Positions 28,832 to 37,782 of a stretch of 64,000 nt of DNA are shown one piece after another. The notes under the pieces are model-generated. The model was not told the origin of the DNA. It did not search any database and saw only the letters and a list, made by a program, of their open reading frames with translations. This DNA is from Kiritimatiellia bacterium (GTDB lineage: Bacteria; Verrucomicrobiota; Kiritimatiellia; RFP12; UBA1067): positions 160,001-224,000 of the forward strand of contig JBMNFY010000001.1 in NCBI GenBank assembly GCA_050949565.1, written 5' to 3'. A program made the position numbers and the translations under genes. Numbering within the stretch: the first letter of the stretch is position 1; every line of letters begins with the position of its first letter.

Positions 28832-29057
28832 TTAGTGCATTAGTGCATTAGTTTGCCCGGGAGCGCGCTACCCCCCAAAAGCCTCCTTGTTCTCTGTGCC
28901 TCTGTAAGAGAAAAACCCGAGCCCTGCCCCCAAAAAACAATCATGTTAATCATGTCAAAAAAAATCTGTGTCATCTGTGGATGTAATAAACCGCAGCCCT
29001 GCCCCAAAAAACTCTGCGTCTCTGCGCCTCTGCGTTAAATAAATCCGAGCAAGGCAG
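28832..29057 (+). repeat. Composite intergenic array: conserved linker alternating with different short-tandem-repeat arms
   Basis: Linkers AAAAACCCGAGCCCTGCCCCCAAAAAA (28911-28937) and AAACCGCAGCCCTGCCCCAAAAAA (28988-29011) plus degenerate copies; arms TTAGTGCA, CTCTGTG, AATCATGT, ATCTGTG, CTCTGCG. Confidence 0.75.
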
Positions 29058-29843
29058 TCACGCATAGTTATGCATGCCGACAAAGAGGCGCGACAGGTTG
29101 ATCCAGGTCAGCGTCAGCACGATGAAGAGCAGGCCGGTCCAGAGCAACGCCGCCAGAACGCGCGGCGCGCGCACGCCGTGCGCCATGCGTTCATGGAAGT
29201 AGCCGGCGTAGACCAGCCACGCCGCGAGCGACCACATCTCTTTGGGGTCGAACTGCCAATAATGTCCCCAGCAAATTTTCCCCCACAGCGAACCGAGCAA
29301 CAATCCCAGCGTCAGCAGCACAAAGCCGATCGTTGCGGTTTGGCGTGAGGCTGTCTCCGTCTGGCGCAACAGATCGCTAGCGATGTCCCGTTTGAACAGC
29401 GGCAAGGCCATCAACGCGGCGCGCGCCATCAGGACATACCCGGCCACGTAGCTGCCGACATGCGGGATAAAGAGCGAGCTTTGCAGGGCCGGGGGCAGAC
29501 GCCGTACGTCTTCGCCGAACACAAAGCCGGCCGGTATGAGGATCAACACGCCCAGCAGTGCATCCTGTACGGTCGTGTCCAGCCCGTTATGTCGACGGCT
29601 CAAGACGGAAAGCGGCCAGAGCGCTGCCGCCATACATAGGAAAAACTCAAAGAGATTCTGCATCGGGGGATGGCCGGTATGGAGCCCGCGCCAGATGACC
29701 GATGCGACGGCCGCTACGAAGCCGGTTCCCCAGAAGGCGTTGCCGATGGTGCGCCAGCCGCCGCGTCGTGCGATGATGGTCGCCACAAAGAACACCAGCG
29801 TCAGGTAGATCAATCCGCCTTGTACGGTCATTTTCACCGTCAT
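29058..29843 (-). CDS. ccsA: Cytochrome c biogenesis protein CcsA/ResC (system II)
   Basis: WWD-domain motif WGHYWQFDPKEMW, LQSSLFIPHV, multiple TM helices, terminal GMHNYA. Confidence 0.9.
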   Translation of the reverse strand: MTVKMTVQGGLIYLTLVFFVATIIARRGGWRTIGNAFWGTGFVAAVASVIWRGLHTGHPPMQNLFEFFLCMAAALWPLSVLSRRHNGLDTTVQDALLGVLILIPAGFVFGEDVRRLPPALQSSLFIPHVGSYVAGYVLMARAALMALPLFKRDIASDLLRQTETASRQTATIGFVLLTLGLLLGSLWGKICWGHYWQFDPKEMWSLAAWLVYAGYFHERMAHGVRAPRVLAALLWTGLLFIVLTLTWINLSRLFVGMHNYA

Positions 29844-30607
29844 GCTGGCTCCTCCCTCGGCGGTGTTCCCTGAATGCGGAAGATGCGCCAAGCATAGAAC
29901 AAGATACCGGCAAGCAGCAACGTGAAGCCGGCATATACCAACTTCAATCCTGGATCACGGATGAACTGCAACACCGTATAGACGACCGGCCGTCCCAGTT
30001 GATCCGTGCTGTGGCCCCAACTCATCTGATAGATGTGGTAGCCGCGCACAAAGGCCGGTTCATTGACACGTATGTTGACCACATAAGGCGCCTGTCCCGG
30101 CTCTGTGATCGTGACGCGGCTGCGGTACTCCCGTACCGGCGCGTTGCGCCCCGCATGACGGTCATCGCTGTTGCGCTCATAGCGTTCCACAAAAAAGCGC
30201 TCCAGGCGTACTGAGAAGGGGAGCTGGCCTACGTACTGATCAAGCATCGGCCCCTCCCATAGACGGTCCGACTCGTCGCCGTCGACCATCACCATTGAGC
30301 CGGTGCAGGGGCGCGCGGCTGTAGAGGTTCGGACTGCGTAGCGTCCCATCAACCATCCAGCCAGTACGCAGGCGCATCCGATGTGTAGCAACGCTGAATC
30401 GAAGCGGCGTCGCAGCACTGCGCGCACGCCGACAAAAAAGAAAACGAGCGTCAGAAGTGCGACACCGACCTGCATGACCGACCGCGCCATCCAAGCTCCG
30501 GCGCGCTCTGCGCCAATGAAAGCCAGCGCCACGGCCCCGAGTGCGAGTGCCCAGCACAGCCAAGCCGCAGGCGCGGGGCCGGTCCATCTGTTCAGGGCTT
30601 TTCTCAC
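29840..30607 (-). CDS. Short ResB/CcsB-like cytochrome c biogenesis protein
   Basis: LLHIG TM His, LPFSVRLERF, IRVNEP, IYQMSW, RDPG..LVY.G; overlaps ccsA by ATGA. Confidence 0.8.
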   Translation of the reverse strand: MRKALNRWTGPAPAAWLCWALALGAVALAFIGAERAGAWMARSVMQVGVALLTLVFFFVGVRAVLRRRFDSALLHIGCACVLAGWLMGRYAVRTSTAARPCTGSMVMVDGDESDRLWEGPMLDQYVGQLPFSVRLERFFVERYERNSDDRHAGRNAPVREYRSRVTITEPGQAPYVVNIRVNEPAFVRGYHIYQMSWGHSTDQLGRPVVYTVLQFIRDPGLKLVYAGFTLLLAGILFYAWRIFRIQGTPPREEPA

Positions 30608-31632
30608 GCTCGTTTTATCGCGTCGACCTCAATTTCCACAAGCAAGTCGTCGCGGCAGACATCGGCTTCGATCGTGATAAGTGGCAAGCGCTCCAAACAG
30701 TGTGTGCGCAACCACTCCTGCCACTCTGGCATGTAGGCGGCCTTCTTCAGGTACATGATTGCGCGCGTCACGTTGCGCCAGCCCATGCCGCGCGACGCCA
30801 GAATCGCCTCAGTCACATCCATCGTCAGTTGAATCTGACGCGGCACATCATTCACATGGGCTGTCGCGCCGCCCGGTTCGATACTGGCCGTGCCGGACAC
30901 CATCAGCGTGCGGCATTCCGGCGTACCGATCTCCACCGCCCGGCTGAACGAACTGCCGTACTCCAGCGCCGCACACTGCAAGGGCGAGGGGATCGGCTCT
31001 ACCGTCACCGCACTGGGTTGCCGCGGTTTGAGCGCGATGGCGCAGGCGGTGATCGCCGAACCGTACAGGTTAGCACTGCCGATGCCGGTGCTCGCGGGGA
31101 CGAGCCCGTCATAAACTGCACGCGATTTGAAAAATGCGTCGCGCGCGCGGTTGAACGGATCGTACCAGTCCAGGATGTTGTCCATGTAAAGCCATGTGCG
31201 CACGACGTCTGCGAAGGTCATGCCGGCATCTGAGAGCGCGTCTTCGATACCCTCGAAAACCGCCGTCGTCTGTGCTTCGCGTGACGCAGCCAGATCGGAC
31301 GGCAGCACGCCGGTGAGCAGACAATATTCGGCGAAATCATCTTGGTAAGCCACCCCAACGGCACGCCCGTGACGCCGGATGGTGCGCATCTCTACGCCGC
31401 TCGCCACATACCGCTGGTAGACCGGCGGCAGTTCGCCGTTGCCACCGCACAACCAGAGTTGTGGAACTGCGGGCTCCTTCGAGCAGACTGCTGCCTGCAA
31501 CAATTGCTCACGGCTGCCCCAACCGGTCTGCGAAATCGTACGTCCGCGCACAACCTGCGGCACACCGCGATCAACCGTCCAAACGCCCATCTCTTGGTGT
31601 CGTGCCACACCGCCGTAAAAAAGTCTCCGCAT
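30604..31632 (-). CDS. Multi-domain Rid/YjgF-fold protein resembling FkbO/Hyg5 chorismatases
   Basis: VVRTW, PASTGIG, SPLQ..A.EY..SFSRA, VSGTASI, DVCRDDLLVEIE. Confidence 0.75.
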   Translation of the reverse strand: MRRLFYGGVARHQEMGVWTVDRGVPQVVRGRTISQTGWGSREQLLQAAVCSKEPAVPQLWLCGGNGELPPVYQRYVASGVEMRTIRRHGRAVGVAYQDDFAEYCLLTGVLPSDLAASREAQTTAVFEGIEDALSDAGMTFADVVRTWLYMDNILDWYDPFNRARDAFFKSRAVYDGLVPASTGIGSANLYGSAITACAIALKPRQPSAVTVEPIPSPLQCAALEYGSSFSRAVEIGTPECRTLMVSGTASIEPGGATAHVNDVPRQIQLTMDVTEAILASRGMGWRNVTRAIMYLKKAAYMPEWQEWLRTHCLERLPLITIEADVCRDDLLVEIEVDAIKRA

Positions 31633-31671
31633 TGCGATTCCCTTTTCGTTTAGATATCCCATCCGTTGTTC

Positions 31672-33573
31672 TTAAAGCGATAGCACAAACTCCGCCAACG
31701 CATCAATCTCTTCGTCGGTCAGATTTTGTGTCGTGCCATGCTTGTCCTGCGGATTGCACTCTTTCAGAAGTTCCTGCAGGGTCAGTGCCCGGCCGTCGTA
31801 CAGATACGGTGCCGTGCGCCACACCTCGATCAGCGTGGGGGTGTCGAACTCACGTCCTTCCTCATTGCCGATCCCCAGCCCGAGGTTATACTTTTTGAGA
31901 TTGGTGTAGAGACGCTCCCCCTGCGGCCCGACCTTGTCGCCGGGGTGGCACTCTGCGCAACCGGCGCGCTTGAACAGGCGCTCGCCCTGCTTCGCCTTGG
32001 CTGAGAGCTCGCCGTTGACGCGGTAGGGGCTCATTTCCGGTTTGAGGGACATTGTGTAGGCGTCCAAGCAGAGCGCGTCCTCCTCGGGGCGCACCAAAAA
32101 TTGAATGTGCGTGATCCCCTTGCGGTTACAGGCTTGAAGGTCCGGACGAATGCCGGTCACCATGGTCGGCGGGGTCAGATGGGTGTAGATCAGGCTCTTG
32201 CTTTGCTTGGGATTTCCGATGCCATCATTCAGCAAATCCCAGTTGAGCGCGTCCATGCGGCCTTCGGGGTGGCAACTCGCACAACTCTGCCAGTGCTGGA
32301 AGCACATGGTCCCGTCGTTCCACAACATCTCGCCGCGCCGCACGCGATCCTTGCTGAGATCGACCGGTGCGCCCAGCGCGATCGTCGTCGGCTCTGCAGA
32401 CGCGTCGTTCAGCGGCAGGACTGCCAGAGTGTCTGCGAAATAGAGCGCCGTATAAACGGTGTTGCCGACCACCATCACGCCGCGGGGGCCGTCGCCGTCT
32501 AGTTTCACGCGGCGGCGCACGGAAACGAGGAACGAGAGATCGTTCGGCACGTCGGCCGCTGATTTCGTCACTTCGGTGACTTTCTCGTTGCGTGCCGCCT
32601 TGTCTAGGCGCGCATGGAATTCAGTGCGGTCGATCACGCTCAGTTCGCGTGTGCCGGCGTGCGCCACCACCAAATGCTTGCCATCTGGAGAGACTGTCAC
32701 GCCCCAGGGGTTCGCTGCGCCAAGATCCACATCGTCCAGAAGCGCCGTGTTGATGTACGCGCCTGTTTCGCCGTTAAAGACGCTGAGCCCCGCCGTATTC
32801 ATCCAGCCGCGCTCAAGCTGGGTTGTTGGGAGCTGATAGCGTCCAAAGGTGTGGGTGACATAGATCTGTTTGCCGTCCGGCGACGCGCCGACGCCGCGCA
32901 CGCCGGTTGATCCGTTGGGCAGCATCACATGCTTCACGGCGTAGTCCGCCGAGGTATCGATTACCGTGACCGACGCCGCGACGACCGCATTGGTGGCGCG
33001 GCAGAGTGGCAGCATGTTCGCCACAAACAGCAGACGGCCGCCCGCGCCGAGTACCGCTGCTGTCGGCTCGCGTAGCACCGGCACCGTCGCCCTAACGCTC
33101 AACGTGCGAGCGTCGAATACCCTGACGCAGGAGTCGAAACGGCAGGGCACGTAAAGCGTGGAGCCATCAGGGCTCACCACTGGCGCGAGCGGCGTGTGGC
33201 CGGCTGCCGCCTGCACGGCCGGCGTGCCGCCCGCCGTGAACTTCTGCACGAACCCTCCGGCCCCGCCGCCGGTCACGAAAACCGTTCCGTCCGGTGCTAC
33301 GGCAACGCCGCTCGGATCTGCTGATCTTGCCTCGCCGCCACCGAAGATTGAAGACCAAAAACCGCGCGGTCGCTCCGTTTCATTCTTAAGCAGCCATTCG
33401 CCCGCAATCTTGGCGTTTCCGAGGTCCAGCACCAGCAGGCGACCGCCGGTTGCTGACGTCACGTAGGCCCGCTTGCCGTCCGGCGTCATCGCCAGGCATT
33501 CGGGCGAGACATACGAAGCCGCCTCCACACACACTGCGGCACCGATCACCATCACCGCCACTACTCGCTTCAT
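31672..33573 (-). CDS. Secreted YVTN beta-propeller fused to a di-heme cytochrome c (peroxidase-like) domain
   Basis: Signal peptide; repeated SPDG blades; CASCH and CAECH heme motifs; TPTL..VWRTAPYLYDG peroxidase-family motif. Confidence 0.87.
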   Translation of the reverse strand: MKRVVAVMVIGAAVCVEAASYVSPECLAMTPDGKRAYVTSATGGRLLVLDLGNAKIAGEWLLKNETERPRGFWSSIFGGGEARSADPSGVAVAPDGTVFVTGGGAGGFVQKFTAGGTPAVQAAAGHTPLAPVVSPDGSTLYVPCRFDSCVRVFDARTLSVRATVPVLREPTAAVLGAGGRLLFVANMLPLCRATNAVVAASVTVIDTSADYAVKHVMLPNGSTGVRGVGASPDGKQIYVTHTFGRYQLPTTQLERGWMNTAGLSVFNGETGAYINTALLDDVDLGAANPWGVTVSPDGKHLVVAHAGTRELSVIDRTEFHARLDKAARNEKVTEVTKSAADVPNDLSFLVSVRRRVKLDGDGPRGVMVVGNTVYTALYFADTLAVLPLNDASAEPTTIALGAPVDLSKDRVRRGEMLWNDGTMCFQHWQSCASCHPEGRMDALNWDLLNDGIGNPKQSKSLIYTHLTPPTMVTGIRPDLQACNRKGITHIQFLVRPEEDALCLDAYTMSLKPEMSPYRVNGELSAKAKQGERLFKRAGCAECHPGDKVGPQGERLYTNLKKYNLGLGIGNEEGREFDTPTLIEVWRTAPYLYDGRALTLQELLKECNPQDKHGTTQNLTDEEIDALAEFVLSL

Positions 33574-33679
33574 TCCGTCTCCTCAGTCCTCCGGTAGCTC
33601 ACTGCCTCCGGCATCTCGTTCCCGTTCGTTTACCGGCCCACACCAACCGAACCGTTCGGCGGCGCGAAGCGCCTGACAA

Positions 33680-34489
33680 CTAGATATCCCGTCCCACTAC
33701 CTGGGCAATCGCCCGCAACTCTTTAACCAAGTTGTAATACAGCTCTGGCGTTATGCTCTGGTCTCCGTCGCACAACGCACAATCCGGGCAGGGGTGAACC
33801 TCCATGATCACGCCATCCGCACCGCAGGCCACCGCCGCGCGGGCCATGGGGGGCACCAGCGACGCTTTGCCCGTGCCGTGGCTCGGATCCGCAATCACCG
33901 GCAACCAAGTCTGCTCTTTCAATAGCGGCACGGCGCTTAGATCAAGCGTGAATCGCGTCGCGGTCTCGAAGGTGCGGACACCGCGCTCACAGAGCACCAC
34001 ATGCCGTCCGCCCGCGCTCAAGACATACTCTGCCGCGTACAGATACTCTTGGATCGTGGCACTCATGCCGCGTTTGAGCAACACCGGCTTGCCGCTGGCG
34101 CCGGCATCGCGCAGCAGGACAGAGTTGTGCATATTGCGCGAGCCGATCTGCAGCATATCCGCTACTGCCGCGACGGTCGGCAACTGTGAGGATTCCAGAA
34201 CTTCAGTCACGACCGGCAATCCGGTGCGTTCGCGCGCTTCCGCCAGAATCTCAAGGCCCTCTTCGCACAGGCCTTGAAAAGCGTAGGGCGAGGAACGCGG
34301 CTTGAAAGCCCCGCCTCGCAACATCACCGCCCCCGCCTCCTTCACAGCACAGGCGATTTCAATCATCTGCGTCCGGTCCTCCACTGTGCAAGGACCGGCA
34401 ATCAGCACCAATCGCTGACCACCAAAAACGACATCGCCCACCGTCACGGTGGCGGTTGCGGCTCCCTGAGTATCTTTATCAATCATCAT
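33680..34489 (-). CDS. aroF: DAHP synthase, type I-beta, catalytic domain only
   Basis: [49 protein letters not shown]. Confidence 0.93.
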   Translation of the reverse strand: MMIDKDTQGAATATVTVGDVVFGGQRLVLIAGPCTVEDRTQMIEIACAVKEAGAVMLRGGAFKPRSSPYAFQGLCEEGLEILAEARERTGLPVVTEVLESSQLPTVAAVADMLQIGSRNMHNSVLLRDAGASGKPVLLKRGMSATIQEYLYAAEYVLSAGGRHVVLCERGVRTFETATRFTLDLSAVPLLKEQTWLPVIADPSHGTGKASLVPPMARAAVACGADGVIMEVHPCPDCALCDGDQSITPELYYNLVKELRAIAQVVGRDI

Positions 34490-34704
34490 AACATGCTACC
34501 ATCTGCTAACGCGTCAGCACCCGGCGCCGCTTCGTTTCCCCCGAACGCGCCGCAAGGGAGCGCTTCTGCTCATTAGGGCTTAGTATAACGCAACCTTGGT
34601 TATCCATGCAAGTGCGTGATTGCACTCAAAAAACGATTGCGTGTGGCGGAGTGGAATCGGTATAGTGCACCCCTTCTCTTTTGTCTCGTGTTGGAGTGAT
34701 GAAG

Positions 34705-35973
34705 ATGGCCGATAAAACCTTGCCGTTCACGTTAGAGTTTCTTGAGGAAATAACCGCGACCCATCCCACGCCGTTCCATCTCTATGATGAGCGCGGCATC
34801 CGCGACAATGCGCGCCGTTTGAAAGCCGCGTTCGCGTGGAATCCCGGCTTTCGCGAATATTTCGCCGTGAAGGCGTGCCCCAACCCGTTCTTCATGAAGC
34901 TGTTGAAGGCGGAGGGGTTCGGCATGGATTGCAGCTCACTGCCTGAACTGCTGCTCTCGGAACGGGTCGGCGTGACCGGCGAGTCGATCATGTTCACCTC
35001 GAACAACACGCCAGCCGAGGAGTTTGTCAAAGCCAAGGAACTGGGCGCGATCATCAATCTCGACGATCTGTCGCACATCCCGTTTCTCGAAGCATGCGCC
35101 GGACTGCCGGAGTTAGTCTGCTTCCGCTACAATCCGGGCCCCCTCAAAGGCGGCAATGCGATCATCGGCAATCCCGAGCAGGCCAAGTATGGCTTCACGC
35201 GCGAACAGCTTTTCGAGGGCTATCGCACACTGAAGGCCAAAGGCGTGCGGCGTTTCGGTCTGCACACGATGGTGGCTTCGAATGAGTTGAACCCGCAGTA
35301 CTTTATCGACACAGCGGAGATCCTTTTCGATCTGGCAGTCGAAATCTCGCGCGAGGTGGGGATCACTTTTGAGTTTATCAACATTGGTGGCGGCATCGGT
35401 ATCCCGTACCGTCCCGAGCAGGAACCGGTGAACCTCGAGCGTGTCGGCGAGGGCGTGCGGCAGGCCTATGCGTCGCGCCTGATCGGGAAGGGGCATCCGG
35501 AACTCAACCTCTACATGGAGTGCGGACGCATGGTGACCGGTCCGTACGGTTATCTGGTCTCGCGCGTGCGCCACATCAAGAAAACCTACAAGATTTTCGT
35601 CGGACTTGACGCCTGCATGGCGAACCTGATGCGCCCCGCGCTGTACGGTGCCTATCACCACATCACCGTTCCGGCCAAGGCCGGAATGCCGTGCGACACC
35701 GTCTGCGATGTAACCGGCTCGCTGTGCGAGAACAACGATAAGTTCGCCATCGACCGCGCCCTACCGGAGCTGGTCCCCGGTGATCTCGTGGTGATCCACG
35801 ACGCCGGCGCACACGGCCATGCGATGGGCTTCCAGTACAACGGCAAGCTGCGCTCGGCGGAACTCCTGCTACGCGAGGACGGCAGCGTCGTGCAGATCCG
35901 CCGCGCCGAGACCCCCGAAGACTACTTCGCGACACTCGACTTTGCCGCAGTCAGTGCGATTCAGTTTGATTAA
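34705..35973 (+). CDS. lysA: Diaminopimelate decarboxylase
   Basis: YFAVKA PLP lysine, NIGGGIG, ECGR, GSLCENND, HDAGAHG, YNGK. Confidence 0.93.
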   Translation: MADKTLPFTLEFLEEITATHPTPFHLYDERGIRDNARRLKAAFAWNPGFREYFAVKACPNPFFMKLLKAEGFGMDCSSLPELLLSERVGVTGESIMFTSNNTPAEEFVKAKELGAIINLDDLSHIPFLEACAGLPELVCFRYNPGPLKGGNAIIGNPEQAKYGFTREQLFEGYRTLKAKGVRRFGLHTMVASNELNPQYFIDTAEILFDLAVEISREVGITFEFINIGGGIGIPYRPEQEPVNLERVGEGVRQAYASRLIGKGHPELNLYMECGRMVTGPYGYLVSRVRHIKKTYKIFVGLDACMANLMRPALYGAYHHITVPAKAGMPCDTVCDVTGSLCENNDKFAIDRALPELVPGDLVVIHDAGAHGHAMGFQYNGKLRSAELLLREDGSVVQIRRAETPEDYFATLDFAAVSAIQFD

Positions 35974-35989
35974 CTGAATCGTACTGAGC

Positions 35990-36331
35990 GGATTTAGGAG
36001 TTAGCATTTAGGATTTAGGAGTATTCTTGCACGGTTGCGGGCTGCGGGGCAACCTCTCTTATTGTGTAAAAACGGGCGCGCAGACGGGCACCGGGCGCGC
36101 GCGGGGCGTGCAATGGCGGGGTGTGCAATGGCGGGGTGTGCGGGAATGGCTCCCCAAAAGCGCTCAAATGCTGCAAACGTTCACGGGCAGGGCACGGCTG
36201 CGCGGTGCAAGGTTTTAACCTCGTCTTTGTGACCACTGGGTGGTCACAAAAATTGGTCAAGTGGAAAAATCCTAACTCCCAAACTCCTAAATCCTCCTTC
36301 GGGTGCGCTTCAACGCCGTTGAAACGCACCC
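35990..36331. repeat. Inverted TTAGGA(G/T) heptamer arms, internal palindrome and a hairpin between convergent lysA and lpdA
   Basis: Heptamers at 35990-36021, reverse complement at 36268-36297; TTTGTGACCAC-TGG-GTGGTCACAAA at 36226-36250; GGGTGCG..TCAACG.CGTTGA..CGCACCC at 36301-36331. Confidence 0.75.
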
Positions 36332-36336
36332 GTCGG

Positions 36337-37722
36337 TTAGCGTTTAGGCAGGTGGATGCAGGCGTTGTGGAATGCGTGCGCCGCTTCCATCCACGCCTCG
36401 GACATCGTCGGATGTGAGTGGATGGTGTTGCCGATCTCGTCAACCGTCAGTTCGTTGCGGATCGCGAGGGCGGCTTCGGCGATCAGTTCCGTCGCATGCG
36501 CGCCGACGACCTGCGCGCCCAACACCTGACCGGTAACGGGGTCGCAGACCCACTTGACGAAGCCATCAGTCACGCCGGCGGCCATGGCTTTGCCCAAGGC
36601 CACGAAGGGGAAAACCGCGGTCTTGACGTCGCGCCCGAGCTTTTGCGCTTGGGTCTCTGAAAGCCCGGCCAGCCCGATTTCGGGCGACGTGAAAATGCAG
36701 GAGGGGCAGATCTTTTCGACGGTCGACTTCATGCCGGCGGCCGCTTCTGCGGCGACGACACCCTGCTGGGTCGCGGCATGGGCGAGTTGGATCGAACCGG
36801 TCACCAGATCGCCGACCGCAAAGATCGAAGCTACGTTGGTGCGCCCCTGCTTGTCCACCGGGATCGTGCCGCGCTCATCAACGTTGACGCCGGCGCGGGC
36901 GAGATCCAGCGCGGCGGTGTTGGGACGCCGCCCGACAGCCACAAGCAACAGGTCGCCGGTGACGGTCTGATCTTTGTACGTGCCACTGACCTCGCCGTTC
37001 TTGACGACGATGTCGGTGAGCGGAGCACCGGTAAGGAAGGTGACGCCCAGTGCTTCCATGCGCTTGCGCAGCACACGCCGCACATCGCGGTCGAGCACCA
37101 TGATGATGTCTTCGAGCATCTCGACCACTGTGACCTTTGTGCCGAGCGCGGCCGCCATGCAGGCGAACTCACAGCCGATCACGCCGCCGCCCAGAATCAG
37201 GAGCCGTTCCGGCAACGCCTTGAGGTCGAGAAACGCGCGGCTATCCATCACCCGCTTGTCCTTCGGCAGGAAGCCCGGCATGGCGGAGTCGCTACCGGCC
37301 GCGATGATGATCGTGGCGGCGCTGAGCCAACGCGTGGCGCCGTCCGGCTGAACCACGGAGATCCGGTTCGGCCCCTCGAAGCGGGCCGCACCGGTCATCG
37401 CTTCGACCCCGTTGGACTTGAGCAGTCCTTGTATGCCGCCGCTCAGGCGCTTGACGACGTCGTTCTTGCGCTCGGTCATCACGGCGTAGTCGAACGTGAC
37501 GCCTTTTGCGGTAACGCCGAACGCCTCAGAGTGCGCGGCGTGGTGAAAGCGCTCAGCCGACGCGATCAACGTCTTAGTCGGGATACAGCCCCAGTTGAGG
37601 CAGGTGCCGCCGAATGCCTCTTTTTCAACAATCGCCGTCTTCTTACCAAGTTGCGCGGCACGGATAGCGGCGGGATAACCGCCCGGGCCGGCACCGATTA
37701 CGATCACATCAAAGTCGAACAT
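36337..37722 (-). CDS. lpdA: Dihydrolipoyl dehydrogenase (E3)
   Basis: GAGPGG, GGTCLNWGCIPTK redox disulfide, GGGVIGCE, HPTMSE. Confidence 0.96.
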   Translation of the reverse strand: MFDFDVIVIGAGPGGYPAAIRAAQLGKKTAIVEKEAFGGTCLNWGCIPTKTLIASAERFHHAAHSEAFGVTAKGVTFDYAVMTERKNDVVKRLSGGIQGLLKSNGVEAMTGAARFEGPNRISVVQPDGATRWLSAATIIIAAGSDSAMPGFLPKDKRVMDSRAFLDLKALPERLLILGGGVIGCEFACMAAALGTKVTVVEMLEDIIMVLDRDVRRVLRKRMEALGVTFLTGAPLTDIVVKNGEVSGTYKDQTVTGDLLLVAVGRRPNTAALDLARAGVNVDERGTIPVDKQGRTNVASIFAVGDLVTGSIQLAHAATQQGVVAAEAAAGMKSTVEKICPSCIFTSPEIGLAGLSETQAQKLGRDVKTAVFPFVALGKAMAAGVTDGFVKWVCDPVTGQVLGAQVVGAHATELIAEAALAIRNELTVDEIGNTIHSHPTMSEAWMEAAHAFHNACIHLPKR

Positions 37723-37761
37723 AGGGAGTTAGAATTTAGGAGTTAGGAGTTAGGATTTAGG
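37723..37761 (-). repeat. CTCCTAA heptamer run abutting the lpdA start codon
   Basis: Minus strand CCTAAATCCTAACTCCTAACTCCTAAATTCTAACTCCCT-ATG. Confidence 0.85.
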
Positions 37762-37782
37762 GGTTGGAAATCCAATCGCGTG

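Noticed and set aside
28832-29057. CRISPR array
   Set aside because: Linkers vary in length and sequence, intervening units are low-complexity tandem repeats, and no cas genes or leader are present
34490-34704. Lysine riboswitch or T-box upstream of lysA/aroF
   Set aside because: Space is occupied by two divergent sigma-70-like promoters; no conserved riboswitch motifs seen
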